64,000 nucleotides of DNA, taken from assembly GCA_965231055.1 (NCBI GenBank), contig OZ246411.1, positions 537,875 to 601,874 of the forward strand. Reading direction: 5' to 3'. This DNA comes from an uncultured Candidatus Saccharibacteria bacterium. Its GTDB lineage: Bacteria; Patescibacteriota; CALEFQ01; G965231055. Under the pieces are notes generated by a model. That model had not been told where the DNA came from, searched no databases, and saw only the letters and a list, made by a program, of their open reading frames with translations. A program made the translations under genes and the position numbers. Every line of letters begins with the position of its first letter. Within the stretch, counting starts at the first letter, position 1. Of the stretch, positions 17,460-27,625 are shown one piece after another.

Positions 17460-20090
17460 ATGGCTATTTTTGATAAAATTTTTGGGTCTTCTTCTGGACG
17501 TGAAGTGAAGAAGATTAAACCTATTGTGACAAAGGTTAATGAGTTTGATGAAAAATTCAAGTCTTTTAGTGACGACGAGCTTCGTGCCAAAACCCTAGAA
17601 TTCAAAGGCAAATTAAAAGGACTTAGCGGGGATGCTTTGAAAAACAAGATGGAAGATATACTTCCAGAGGCTTTTGCTGTAGTTAAAAACGCCTGTAGGA
17701 GGTTGCAGGGAACCAAATTTGAAATAGCAGGTCAGGAAGCAACTTGGAATATGATTCCATTTGATGTTCAGATTGTGGGGGCTGTGGTGCTTCACAGGGG
17801 CATGATCGCAGAAATGAAAACTGGAGAAGGAAAGACCCTGGTTTCCACGATGCCTATTTATCTAAATGCATTGTCTGGAAAAGGTGTATATGTGGTGACT
17901 GTAAATGATTATCTATCTCAAAGAGATGCAGACTGGATGGGTATAGTTTATAGATTTTTGGGTTTGACAGTGGGAGTTACTAAGCACGGACAAACTCTTG
18001 AAGAAAAGAAGCAGGCGTATGATTGCGATATCACATATGGTACCAACAATGAATTTGGTTTTGATTATTTGAGAGATAATATGGTGGGTGAGCTTGAACA
18101 AATGGTTCAGCGCAAAAATAATTTTTATGCAATTGTAGACGAGGTAGACAGTATTCTTATAGACGAAGCTCGAACTCCTCTTATCATATCAGCTCCCGAT
18201 GAAGAATCTGGCAAAATGTATCAAAGATTTGCGAGTATAGTTCCAAGTTTAAAAGAAAATGAACACTACAATATTGACGAAAAATATAATTCAGCAACTC
18301 TAAATGAAGCAGGTATCGATGCTGTAGAAAAAGCCTTGGGGGTAAACGATATTTATTCAGAAAAAGGAATTGTTTACGTACATCATCTGGAACAAGCTCT
18401 ACGAGCGCACGCCATAATGAAACGAGATAAAGACTATGTAGTGAAAGATGGGCAGATACATATAGTAGATCAATTTACTGGAAGAATTATGCCCGGTAGA
18501 AGATTTTCCGAAGGACTTCATCAGGCGATAGAAGCCAAAGAGGGAGTGCCCGTGCAAAAAGAAAGCAAAACCCTTGCTACTATTACTTTTCAGAATTATT
18601 TCAGGATGTTTGACAAACTTGCCGGTATGACTGGAACAGCGCTCACTCAAGCTGAGGAGTTTAGAAAAGTTTATGGTTTGGATGTAGTAGAAGTTCCCAC
18701 CAATCAGCCAATGATCAGGGAAGATTTCCCGGATAAAATTTATCGCACAGAGAAGGGTAAATTCAATGCGGTTGCTAGAGAAATAAAAGAGCTTCACAAA
18801 AAAGGACAGCCAGTGCTAGTGGGTACTATTGCGATAGAAAAATCAGAAGAATTAAGTGCTTTGCTTAAAAGAGAAGGAATTCCTCACGAAGTTCTAAATG
18901 CAAAACATCACGAAAAGGAAGCTTCAATTATCTCAAAGGCAGGAGAAAAGGGAGCGGTAACTATAGCTACCAACATGGCTGGTCGTGGAACCGACATAAA
19001 ACTAAGCGAAGGTGTTACCAAACTAGGCGGTTTGTTTGTTTTGGGTACCGAGCGACATGAGGCGAGGCGTATAGATAATCAGCTCAGAGGGCGCTCTGGA
19101 AGACAGGGAGATCCTGGAAAATCACAGTTTTGTGTTTCTGCTGAAGATGAGCTTATGAGGAGGTTTGGTTCTGACAAAATGAAAACAGTAATGGAGACTT
19201 TCAAAATTCCTGAAGATGAGCCTATAGTGAGCTCATTTATAAGCAAGCAAATAGAATCAGCTCAAAAGAGAATAGAGGGTTATAATTTTGATATTAGAAG
19301 ATATGTTCTTGAGTATGACAATGTTATGAATACTCAAAGAGAAACTATATATAGAAAACGCAGAAAAATTCTCAATGACTGGCACGAAATCAAACAGGCA
19401 ATGAAGTCTGACTCACCAATGAATTCTCCTTTGAAAAAGGATATATTGGATCTCGTTAAAGAAGAAATTGGTTTGATTGTTAAAATACACGCACAGACAG
19501 AATTCCAATCTTCTTGGAACATAGAAGAGATGCTAGAGGTGTTTGGAACAATTTTAGCATTGCCCTCGGATGCCAGATCTCACATCAATTCTCTTAAAAC
19601 AAAAACCGGAAATTCAGAAAAAATCAGAGAAGCTATCGTTGATTATGTTTTTAGTGAGGCAAAAAATCTTTATGCAGAGAGAGAAAAAGAAGTAGGTGAG
19701 TTTCACATGAGAAATATAGAAAGAATGCTTATGCTAAAAGTGATAGACTCGTTGTGGGTTGATCATTTGGATGCAATAGAGGCCCTAAGAAGTGGAATAG
19801 GGCTAAGGGGTTATGGGCAAAGAGATCCACTTGTAGAGTATAAGAAAGAAGGTTATAATATGTTTCGTAAGTTGCTTTCTGCCATAAGAACCCAGATCGT
19901 TTACAATATTTTCAAGGTGAGTGTTTCTATTGAAAGCAAGCCAAGCATCGACACTGAAAAGATGAATTATAATTCTGGCAAACAATCAGCTAGCACGGAT
20001 ACTTCAAAGAAAAAGGAAGATAAGGTTGGTAGAAACGATCCTTGCCCATGCGGCAGCGGAAAAAAATACAAGCATTGTCATGGAAAGTAG
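17460..20090 (+). CDS. secA: preprotein translocase ATPase SecA
   Basis: DEAD-like motor motifs (MKTGEGKTLV, DEVDSILIDEARTPLIIS, TNMAGRGTDIKL). C-terminal zinc motif CPCGSGKKYKHCHG. Confidence 0.95.
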   Translation: MAIFDKIFGSSSGREVKKIKPIVTKVNEFDEKFKSFSDDELRAKTLEFKGKLKGLSGDALKNKMEDILPEAFAVVKNACRRLQGTKFEIAGQEATWNMIPFDVQIVGAVVLHRGMIAEMKTGEGKTLVSTMPIYLNALSGKGVYVVTVNDYLSQRDADWMGIVYRFLGLTVGVTKHGQTLEEKKQAYDCDITYGTNNEFGFDYLRDNMVGELEQMVQRKNNFYAIVDEVDSILIDEARTPLIISAPDEESGKMYQRFASIVPSLKENEHYNIDEKYNSATLNEAGIDAVEKALGVNDIYSEKGIVYVHHLEQALRAHAIMKRDKDYVVKDGQIHIVDQFTGRIMPGRRFSEGLHQAIEAKEGVPVQKESKTLATITFQNYFRMFDKLAGMTGTALTQAEEFRKVYGLDVVEVPTNQPMIREDFPDKIYRTEKGKFNAVAREIKELHKKGQPVLVGTIAIEKSEELSALLKREGIPHEVLNAKHHEKEASIISKAGEKGAVTIATNMAGRGTDIKLSEGVTKLGGLFVLGTERHEARRIDNQLRGRSGRQGDPGKSQFCVSAEDELMRRFGSDKMKTVMETFKIPEDEPIVSSFISKQIESAQKRIEGYNFDIRRYVLEYDNVMNTQRETIYRKRRKILNDWHEIKQAMKSDSPMNSPLKKDILDLVKEEIGLIVKIHAQTEFQSSWNIEEMLEVFGTILALPSDARSHINSLKTKTGNSEKIREAIVDYVFSEAKNLYAEREKEVGEFHMRNIERMLMLKVIDSLWVDHLDAIEALRSGIGLRGYGQRDPLVEYKKEGYNMFRKLLSAIRTQIVYNIFKVSVSIESKPSIDTEKMNYNSGKQSASTDTSKKKEDKVGRNDPCPCGSGKKYKHCHGK

Positions 20091-20169
20091 GCTAGATGAA
20101 TTAGAAGATTTAGAAAAAATTATCAGATAATTTTTTTCAAGGTTTCAATTACTATTTATAATAAAAAAT

Positions 20170-21597
20170 TTGAATACTAGAAAAAAAATTTGGATTACTT
20201 TTGCGTTAGTTGTTGCACTAACTGTTTTTGCATTGTGGGTTGATATGCCGGGAGGTCCAAATATAAATTTGAATAAAATCGGAATCAAACCATCAGAGGG
20301 TAAAACTGAAAGTGATTTGATAAAGAGACTTGATGTGAAACTGGGACTGGATCTCAAGGGTGGAGCAGAATTGGTTTATCAAGCAGATCTTTCAAGTATT
20401 TCTCAAGATAGCTATGAAGATGCCATGTCTGGAGTTAGGGATGTTATAGAGCGAAGAGTCAATGCTTTTGGTGTTTCCGAGCCATCTGTTTATGTAAGTG
20501 GTCAAGATAGATTAGTAATAGAACTTCCGGGAATAAAAGATCTAAAAGCTGCAGAAGATGCCATAGGTGAGACTCCTACTTTGGTTTTCATGGAAGAAAG
20601 TGAAGAATCTGCAGATGCTACCCCAGAACTCTTGGATGAAGAAGGAAATGCAATTACTTCAGAGATCACAGATGAAGAGGGAAATCCCATTGATCTTAGC
20701 GAATATGTTCAGCCTCAATTTGTGGCTACGAATCTAACTGGAAAAGATTTGGCTAAATCAAGTGTGGTTTTTGATCAGACAGGCATAGGATCTCCGCAGA
20801 TTTCTCTTGAGTTTACCGCTGAGGGAAAAGATAAATTTGAACAACTCACCGAGAAGAATGTAGGCAAGAGGCTTGCGATAGCTATCGACGGGGTGATTGT
20901 TTCGGCGCCATCAGTAAACGAAAAAATAATCGGAGGTAACGCAGTCATCACTGGTAATTTTACTTTGAGCGAAGCTAAGGATTTAGCTATAAATCTAAAT
21001 GCTGGAGCATTGCCCGTGCCCATAAATTTGGTTCAGGAGCAAAACATAGGAGCGACTCTTGGAAAACTATCGGTTGAGAAGAGTGTTATGGCTGGTATTA
21101 TTGGAATTATTTCTATTGCAGTTTTCATGATTGTTTATTATAGGATTCCTGGTTTGATGGCGGTATTGGCCCTTGTTAGTTATATTGCTATTTCACTACT
21201 AATATTTAAACTAATACCAGTAACCCTAACACTTGCCGGAGCTGCTGGTTTTATACTTTCTATAGGAATGGCAGTGGATGCTAATGTTCTTATATTTGAA
21301 AGAATAAAAGAAGAATTGGTTGGTGGAGGAGAAACTAGGCTTGCGATAGAATCTGGTCTTAAGGGTGCTTGGCCATCAATTAGGGATTCAAATATCACAA
21401 CTCTTATTTCTTGTGCGGTTTTGTATTTTCTTGGTAGTTCTGTGGTGAGGGGTTTTGCTTTGACTTTGGGAGTAGGAGTTATGGTTAGCATGTTTTCAGC
21501 TATAATAGTAACCTCTGCGTACCTAAGAGTTATGGCTATTAGGGGCATGAGCGCGAAGTGGTTATGGTGGTTAGGGGTAAATCAAAAGAAACAATAA
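20170..21597 (+). CDS. secD: protein-export membrane protein SecD
   Basis: LGLDLKGGAELVY periplasmic domain start. RND-like TM bundle. Adjacent to secF. Confidence 0.9.
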   Translation: MNTRKKIWITFALVVALTVFALWVDMPGGPNINLNKIGIKPSEGKTESDLIKRLDVKLGLDLKGGAELVYQADLSSISQDSYEDAMSGVRDVIERRVNAFGVSEPSVYVSGQDRLVIELPGIKDLKAAEDAIGETPTLVFMEESEESADATPELLDEEGNAITSEITDEEGNPIDLSEYVQPQFVATNLTGKDLAKSSVVFDQTGIGSPQISLEFTAEGKDKFEQLTEKNVGKRLAIAIDGVIVSAPSVNEKIIGGNAVITGNFTLSEAKDLAINLNAGALPVPINLVQEQNIGATLGKLSVEKSVMAGIIGIISIAVFMIVYYRIPGLMAVLALVSYIAISLLIFKLIPVTLTLAGAAGFILSIGMAVDANVLIFERIKEELVGGGETRLAIESGLKGAWPSIRDSNITTLISCAVLYFLGSSVVRGFALTLGVGVMVSMFSAIIVTSAYLRVMAIRGMSAKWLWWLGVNQKKQ

Positions 21598-21598
21598 A

Positions 21599-22567
21599 AT
21601 GAATATAATAAAATTACAAAAAGTTTGGTTCACAATCTCGCTAGCGTCGGTTGCTCTTTGTATTGTTGCACTTTCTGTTTTTGGTTTAAATTTGGGTATA
21701 GATTTCAAGGGTGGCGTGGGGGTTGATTACAAATGGAACGATGGAAATAGGTTGTCTGTAAATGATTTCAGGCGAGAAATAGAAGAATTCAATCTTACCG
21801 ATGCACAAGTTCAACTTTCTGGTGAAGACGGAATTTCACTAAAAACAAAATCTGATACCTTGAATAGTGATACCCGTGAATTAATTTTGAAGAAACTAAA
21901 TGGGGGAGAATTGAATTCATCAGAGGCCGAACAGAGTGAAAATGGCTCAACTTCATCCCAAGATCTAGGTCCTCTAAAAGTAGAAGAAGCTAGTTTTGAG
22001 TTGATTGGACCCACTATAGGAAAAGAATTGCTCAAAAAATCAATATGGAGTTTAGTTTTTGTTGTGATAGGTATAGTTTTGTATGTTGCGTATGCATTTA
22101 GAAAAGTGGGGCATCCAGTCGCTTCATGGAAATATGGAGTTGCAGCTGTTGTAGCACTGATTCACGATATAATAATTGTTATGGGGGTATTTGCAGTTTT
22201 GGGAAGATTTATGAATGTAGAAATAAATACACTTTTTATAGTCGCACTTCTTACTATACTTGGGTATTCAGTAAATGACACTGTAGTGGTTTTTGATAGG
22301 ATCAGGGATAATTTACACAAGGATGATAATTTTGAGAACGCAGTGGAGAACGGTGTGGAAAGTACAATGGCTAGATCTTTAAATACCACAATAACCACAC
22401 TAGTTGCGCTTTTTGCTTTATATATATTTGGTGGAGAAACCATAAAATGGTTTGTTTTAGCGCTTATTATAGGTATTGCGAGTGGTGCGTACTCTTCAAT
22501 TTTTTTCGCGTCCCCATTCCTTGTGTTTTGGAACAGATATGCTCAGAAAAAGGCATTAAAACAGTAA
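21599..22567 (+). CDS. secF: protein-export membrane protein SecF
   Basis: GIDFKGGV motif and TM bundle. Start overlaps the secD stop. Confidence 0.9.
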   Translation: MNIIKLQKVWFTISLASVALCIVALSVFGLNLGIDFKGGVGVDYKWNDGNRLSVNDFRREIEEFNLTDAQVQLSGEDGISLKTKSDTLNSDTRELILKKLNGGELNSSEAEQSENGSTSSQDLGPLKVEEASFELIGPTIGKELLKKSIWSLVFVVIGIVLYVAYAFRKVGHPVASWKYGVAAVVALIHDIIIVMGVFAVLGRFMNVEINTLFIVALLTILGYSVNDTVVVFDRIRDNLHKDDNFENAVENGVESTMARSLNTTITTLVALFALYIFGGETIKWFVLALIIGIASGAYSSIFFASPFLVFWNRYAQKKALKQ

Positions 22568-22604
22568 TAATAAAAGCTTAAAATTGAAATGATATTCCTT
22601 GGGG

Positions 22605-22625
22605 TGGGCTAGTGCCCATCTTTTT
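22605..22625 (+). terminator. rho-independent terminator after secF (TGGGC-TAGT-GCCCA + TCTTTTT)
   Basis: GC hairpin followed by a T-tract. Confidence 0.6.
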
Positions 22626-22640
22626 GATTATTTTTCGGAC

Positions 22641-22669
22641 TTGACATATCATAATTGGTGTGATAAAGT
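22641..22669 (+). promoter_or_regulatory. sigma70-like promoter (TTGACA - 17 nt - TAAAGT)
   Basis: Consensus -35 box, 17-nt spacer, 4/6 match at -10. Lies upstream of the 22718 gene. Confidence 0.45.
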
Positions 22670-22717
22670 AAGGCGTTAACGATGATTTCTATGAATCTTT
22701 CAGCTTAAATAAGCCAA

Positions 22718-23326
22718 ATGAAAATCACTAAATTTACAAAGAAGTTGCTTATAGCTACGCTGATCGGTGTTGTTGCCGGGTTCTTTATTACCATACTAAC
22801 CCCAATTAAATACAAGGTTGTTTCCGAATTTGAATTTTCAGATTTAGAACCGGAAGATGCTGTTGTATTAGCCAAGAAGACTATTTATGATGTGGGTTTT
22901 ATAAATTCTGTACAGGATGCATTTCCAACATCATATGACTTTTTTTCGCAGGATGATGATGGATTGAAGCGTGATTGGAAAAATGTAGTTAAAATAAGCT
23001 ACAATCTAAAAACCAAGCACATAGAAACGGTGGTATTGCATGACAATCTTGAAAACACTATCAAGCTTTCACGTGCCATGACTTCGCAATTTCAATCAAA
23101 GGTATCTGATGTTAAGATTATTAGAAACTCAGAAGCGGATGATAGGATAGCTTCTCCCGATGTTCGTAAGATTATTCCAATATCCGTTATTACTGCAATT
23201 GTTATGTTTTTGGCAGTTGAATGGTTGGTGAATAATCAAAAAAAACAAGAGCGACGTAGTGGTCAATCAGCAAAAAATGATGATTATAACGCCAGAACTA
23301 AAAACTGGCTTAACGATAAACATTAA
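22718..23326 (+). CDS. hypothetical bitopic membrane protein (TM - extracytoplasmic domain - TM)
   Basis: N-terminal and C-terminal hydrophobic helices. Topology resembles a polysaccharide co-polymerase. No motif recognised. Confidence 0.4.
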   Translation: MKITKFTKKLLIATLIGVVAGFFITILTPIKYKVVSEFEFSDLEPEDAVVLAKKTIYDVGFINSVQDAFPTSYDFFSQDDDGLKRDWKNVVKISYNLKTKHIETVVLHDNLENTIKLSRAMTSQFQSKVSDVKIIRNSEADDRIASPDVRKIIPISVITAIVMFLAVEWLVNNQKKQERRSGQSAKNDDYNARTKNWLNDKH

Positions 23327-23349
23327 ATAATTTAATTAATATTAATACA

Positions 23350-25686
23350 ATGAAAACCAATTTCAAGAAAAAAGTGAAATTTGGAGTAAGCGTTGTTGTC
23401 ACTGTTTCCTTAGTATTGGGTTCAATACTAAGCTTTGCCAATGCCGCAGATGCTCTCAAATTTTCAAACGCCAACAAAGCAACTCAAATGCATAAGGTTT
23501 ACGAAAACCTTAATGATAAATTTGAGCTTTCTGATAATGGCGGAAGAATTTATCAGGACAAGAAATATGATCTAGAATTCAGAACCAATTTTGCCTCTTT
23601 GCCTTATCAGAGAAGCAATGGTTCAGTTAACTCTCTAGAGATTACAATCAAAAACACAGGAGAAAAAGCTCAAGAAGTAAGAGCTGAGCACTTGGCTTTT
23701 CAAATCAATCCTATTGTAAGAACCAATGGGGAATGTACATACCTAAACAACGGTCAGCCAAATGTTGCTAGCGAAGAGCTTGCTCAAATAATTGATAATC
23801 AAGAAGTTGCTTTTGATACCATAGTTCCTCCACTTTGCTATTGGGATCCTTCAATGCAAAGCGCTTGGGGTAAAGAAATAAAGATGGTTCAAAACACTTA
23901 CGAGAAATATGTGCAACCTGCACAGAGTGTTTTGGTTGCAGCTCAAAGTGAGAAAACAATCAAATTCGAATATAGACTTACGGATGCTGGTTATTTTCAA
24001 GATGACGTAGCATTCTCAGTAAGTGGTAATCCTATAGGAATGGTTGGAACTTATTATAGAGTTCCTGGTTTAGGACAACCAAGTGTACAAATAGATAAAG
24101 TCGCTTCAGTTGCAGATCCTAGGACTTCTGATTCGGTTTGGAGCAAAGAAATCCAAATCAAAAGAGGTTCTGATATGTGGTTTAAAGTAACCGCGACAAA
24201 TACAGGAAGCGCTGATGCTACTGAAGTTTGGTTGGGAGATATATTCGGAGAAGCTGATCAAGCTAACAAGATATTGACTCCAGGATATGTGAGACATATA
24301 GATGATAAAATTAATTTGGTAAGTGATAATTATACTACAGGTAATATAGAAGTATTTGGTTCAAATCTAAATGCCTTGAGAATAGGCAGTATATGGGCAA
24401 GCGACAACGTTTTGAATCCAAATGTGGATGCCGAAATAGTTGATATCGACAAAGATGGAATAAAAGATTTTGTTTCTGTAAAAGCTACTCACCTAAAACC
24501 AGGTGAATCAAAAACCTTCTATGTGAAAAATACCGCGAAAGCAGATCTTTCTCTTGGTGAAAAAATCATGAAGAATCAGGGTGCTTTCTTCTCATGGTAT
24601 TTGAATCCTAAGTTTAAAACTTCTGAGGCTGTGGTTAAAATAGGAAAAACTGCTCCTCCAATTGTTCAACCAGGACCACATGAGATTACGCCTAGTCCAA
24701 AAGCTACTATTACCAATCTTGTTTCTGATACAAATGATGACTACGCAAAGAGCATAGTATCAAAGGTTGGTGAAGAGATAGCATATAGGATCACAGTTAC
24801 AAATACTGGAAACACCAAGCAAAATGGAACTCTTGTTAATGATTATGATGAGAAATACATCGAAGTCATTGATCCTGATACAAAAGATATAGCCAAATCG
24901 TTTGTGGATTCTAAAAAGCTTACTACTTATGAATTGGGTGAGCTCAAATCAAACGAATCAGTTGTTATAGATGTAAAAGCTAAAGTAAAAAGCTCTCTTC
25001 CTACAACTGAGGTAGTTATAGATGATGCTGCTGAATATACCGAGGATCAGATTGATCCTATCTCTGCAAATGCATCTGTGACCGTTAAGGCTAGACCAGA
25101 TACACAAGGAGCATATCTTATAGTTGATAAGTCGCTAAACGATGTTAATGGCGCAGCCATTGAACCAGGTGATGAACTAAGATATGTAGTTAGTGTTACC
25201 AACAAAGGAGATGCCGATGCAAAAAATGTCTTGGTTGAAGACAATATGCCAAGATATACAAATGGCTTTTCAGTAATAAAACTTCCTAGTGGAGCAGAAG
25301 ATAAGTCTTCAAAAACAGGTGGAGCCAACGATACAGGTATGCTTAAAGTTATTATAGAAAAAGTAAAAGTTGGTGAAACTCAAGAAATAGAATATAGAGT
25401 CTTTGTTGACAGCAAGGTTCCTGATGGAGCTGAGATTGTGAACAAAGCAACCGCAGCATCTGATGATAAAAAAGGAACTGGAACTGTTGCTGGAACGATA
25501 GGAAAAACCAATGTTGTGAAAACAGGAGAGGTTTTGGGAGCAAGTAAGACTCCTGCTAATGTTCCAACTGGACCAGTAGAAGATGCAGTTAAATGGATAC
25601 TATTCGCTATTGTTATGGGTGTTGCTGGAGTATTCTCATTTACAAAATTTACTCTTCCATTTTCTCTAGGAATTGTAGCTAAGTAA
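23350..25686 (+). CDS. large cell-surface protein with DUF11-like repeat domains and a C-terminal sortase sorting signal
   Basis: Signal peptide (ANAADA). Recurrent xVTxTNTGxxxAxxV repeats (KVTATNTGSADATEV, ITVTNTGNTKQNG, VSVTNKGDADAKNV). C-terminus has NVPTGP followed by a hydrophobic segment and a short Lys-containing tail. Immediately followed by a sortase gene. Confidence 0.6.
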   Translation: MKTNFKKKVKFGVSVVVTVSLVLGSILSFANAADALKFSNANKATQMHKVYENLNDKFELSDNGGRIYQDKKYDLEFRTNFASLPYQRSNGSVNSLEITIKNTGEKAQEVRAEHLAFQINPIVRTNGECTYLNNGQPNVASEELAQIIDNQEVAFDTIVPPLCYWDPSMQSAWGKEIKMVQNTYEKYVQPAQSVLVAAQSEKTIKFEYRLTDAGYFQDDVAFSVSGNPIGMVGTYYRVPGLGQPSVQIDKVASVADPRTSDSVWSKEIQIKRGSDMWFKVTATNTGSADATEVWLGDIFGEADQANKILTPGYVRHIDDKINLVSDNYTTGNIEVFGSNLNALRIGSIWASDNVLNPNVDAEIVDIDKDGIKDFVSVKATHLKPGESKTFYVKNTAKADLSLGEKIMKNQGAFFSWYLNPKFKTSEAVVKIGKTAPPIVQPGPHEITPSPKATITNLVSDTNDDYAKSIVSKVGEEIAYRITVTNTGNTKQNGTLVNDYDEKYIEVIDPDTKDIAKSFVDSKKLTTYELGELKSNESVVIDVKAKVKSSLPTTEVVIDDAAEYTEDQIDPISANASVTVKARPDTQGAYLIVDKSLNDVNGAAIEPGDELRYVVSVTNKGDADAKNVLVEDNMPRYTNGFSVIKLPSGAEDKSSKTGGANDTGMLKVIIEKVKVGETQEIEYRVFVDSKVPDGAEIVNKATAASDDKKGTGTVAGTIGKTNVVKTGEVLGASKTPANVPTGPVEDAVKWILFAIVMGVAGVFSFTKFTLPFSLGIVAK

Positions 25687-25691
25687 AAATA

Positions 25692-26378
25692 ATGAATAGC
25701 AAGCTAATAAAAAAAATATCATGGCTTGCGGGTATGGCTATTGTGGCCGTAGGTATAGTTGTGTTTGCGCTTACGGCCCAACCATATTTTAATGATATTA
25801 TTCAGAAACTAACCGGAAAGGTTGAGTTTAATACTGATGCAGTATCTCTTACCAATGAAAGTGTAAATGAAGAGTCTCGAGTTTCAGGGGAAACTAAAGA
25901 AGTTGAAGAAGCGAGGATTGTAACAGCCGAAGAGGCGATGAACAGCGTTTCTATTCCCACCATAGGGCTAAAAAATATTCCAGTTATTTATCCCAAGGTT
26001 AACGATTATGAAACTATAGAGAGCGCTTTGGCTGATGGCGTTGTTCATCTTTCAAATACCTCTCTGCCAGATGCTAATACTGGAGCTACTTATATCATAG
26101 GGCATAGTTCAAATTTAAGTTGGGCAAAGGGGGATTATAATTATGTATTTAAAGATTTATCAAATTTAGAGGCGGGTAATACTATTAAGGTCAATTACGG
26201 AAGAGAAAGATACGATTATGTTGTGATAGAAAAACGCTTCCTTAATTTTGATGAAGCTATAAATATGAAATTTGATTCAAGTAAAAAAGTTTTGGTACTG
26301 ATGACATGTTGGCCAGCTAATTCTTCAAGGGCCAGGATAGCTATTATTGCAGAAACCAAAGCCAAGCAATCTTTTTAG
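25692..26378 (+). CDS. sortase (cysteine transpeptidase)
   Basis: N-terminal TM anchor. Conserved His (YIIGHSS), catalytic Cys (LVLMTCWP) and Arg (SRARIAI). Confidence 0.75.
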   Translation: MNSKLIKKISWLAGMAIVAVGIVVFALTAQPYFNDIIQKLTGKVEFNTDAVSLTNESVNEESRVSGETKEVEEARIVTAEEAMNSVSIPTIGLKNIPVIYPKVNDYETIESALADGVVHLSNTSLPDANTGATYIIGHSSNLSWAKGDYNYVFKDLSNLEAGNTIKVNYGRERYDYVVIEKRFLNFDEAINMKFDSSKKVLVLMTCWPANSSRARIAIIAETKAKQSF

Positions 26379-26389
26379 GATTTAGTCAA

Positions 26390-26418
26390 TTGACGATATG
26401 GAGGTCGTGTGATATACT
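26390..26418 (+). promoter_or_regulatory. sigma70-like promoter TTGACG - 17 nt - TGATATACT (extended -10)
   Basis: Near-consensus -35 box, 17-nt spacer, TGn-extended -10. Lies 42 nt upstream of the 26461 ATG. Confidence 0.55.
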
Positions 26419-26460
26419 AATTTTCTAAATTTATTATTAACAAATAATAGTTTTAATTTT

Positions 26461-27588
26461 ATGGATATTAATAGCAAACAAGATTTAAGTGAAAAGAAGT
26501 CTATTCTGGATGAAGTCATGCAATCCAGAGAAGATGATATGCTTAGGGAATTCAATCCTTACGAGGTTGTTTCTGCTTTGCTTAAGAATTTAGGCAAAAG
26601 AGAGTCTCATATACTCACTAAGCGTTTTAATTTGGATGGACAATCTGCCAAAACTCTTGAAGAAATCGGAAAAATTTACGGTGTTACTAGGGAGAGAGTT
26701 AGACAGATAGAAGCTTCAGCTCTTAGGGAACTGAGAGAGCAAGAGTTCGCCAAAATGATAGAGGATCCATCAAGAGCTATTTCAGCTATTCTTGAAAATG
26801 GTGGTGGAATCATGGAAGAGAATTATCTTCTCAGGGAGTTACTTTCAGAAAAAGAACTTTCACCTATAAACAAGCATTCTACGCTTTTTATAATGAAGTT
26901 GAGTCCTGATTTTGATGAGTTTGAGGAGACCAATGAAATAAACAAGTCTTGGGGAGTTAAAGGTGCTTCGCTGGAAACAGCCCTTGCAGTCATTAATTCT
27001 TTTGTGGGAGTTTTGGAAAATCACAACAATCCAATTCATCACGACTTAGTTATTGAGCATATAAAGAAACACCCTTCATTCAATTCCATTAGCGCTGATA
27101 TAAATGATGATCATGTACACATACATCTTGAGATAAGCAAAAAATTAAAGAAAAATCCTTTTAGCGAGTGGGGGCTTTCTCATTGGAGCACTATTTCCCC
27201 TAAAGGAGTAAAAGATAAAGCATTTTTGGTTTTGAAAAAGCACCAAAAACCACTTCATTTTAGAGATATCGCAAAGCATATAGACAAGGCCTCATTTGAT
27301 TCAAAAAAAGCTCATCCCCAAACCGTTCACAATGAACTAATTAAGGATAGTAGATTTGTGCTTGTTGGAAGAGGACTTTATGCTTTAAAGGAGTGGGGTT
27401 ACAAGGCTGGTACTGTCGCTGATGTGATAGAAAGAGCAATGAAAAATACAGGAAAACCAATGACAAAAGAAGAAATTATAAGAGAAGTTCTCAAAGAACG
27501 ACTCGTTAAAAATAATACTATAGTGCTGGGGTTACAAGGCAATAAAAGGTTTAAACGCCTTGAAGATGGAAAATTCACTTTAGCATAG
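26461..27588 (+). CDS. DNA-binding protein: sigma-70 region 4.2-like HTH plus two C-terminal HARE-HTH-like modules
   Basis: TLEEIGKIYGVTRERVRQIEASALRELR is nearly identical to RpoD region 4.2. C-terminal DSRFVLVGRGLYALKEWGY and NKRFKRLEDGKFTLA match the RFxRvGrGxWxL ending of HARE-HTH as in RNAP delta. Confidence 0.5.
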   Translation: MDINSKQDLSEKKSILDEVMQSREDDMLREFNPYEVVSALLKNLGKRESHILTKRFNLDGQSAKTLEEIGKIYGVTRERVRQIEASALRELREQEFAKMIEDPSRAISAILENGGGIMEENYLLRELLSEKELSPINKHSTLFIMKLSPDFDEFEETNEINKSWGVKGASLETALAVINSFVGVLENHNNPIHHDLVIEHIKKHPSFNSISADINDDHVHIHLEISKKLKKNPFSEWGLSHWSTISPKGVKDKAFLVLKKHQKPLHFRDIAKHIDKASFDSKKAHPQTVHNELIKDSRFVLVGRGLYALKEWGYKAGTVADVIERAMKNTGKPMTKEEIIREVLKERLVKNNTIVLGLQGNKRFKRLEDGKFTLA

Positions 27589-27625
27589 TAGATTTTTAGG
27601 GTACAATATAAAAATAAAAACAAAA

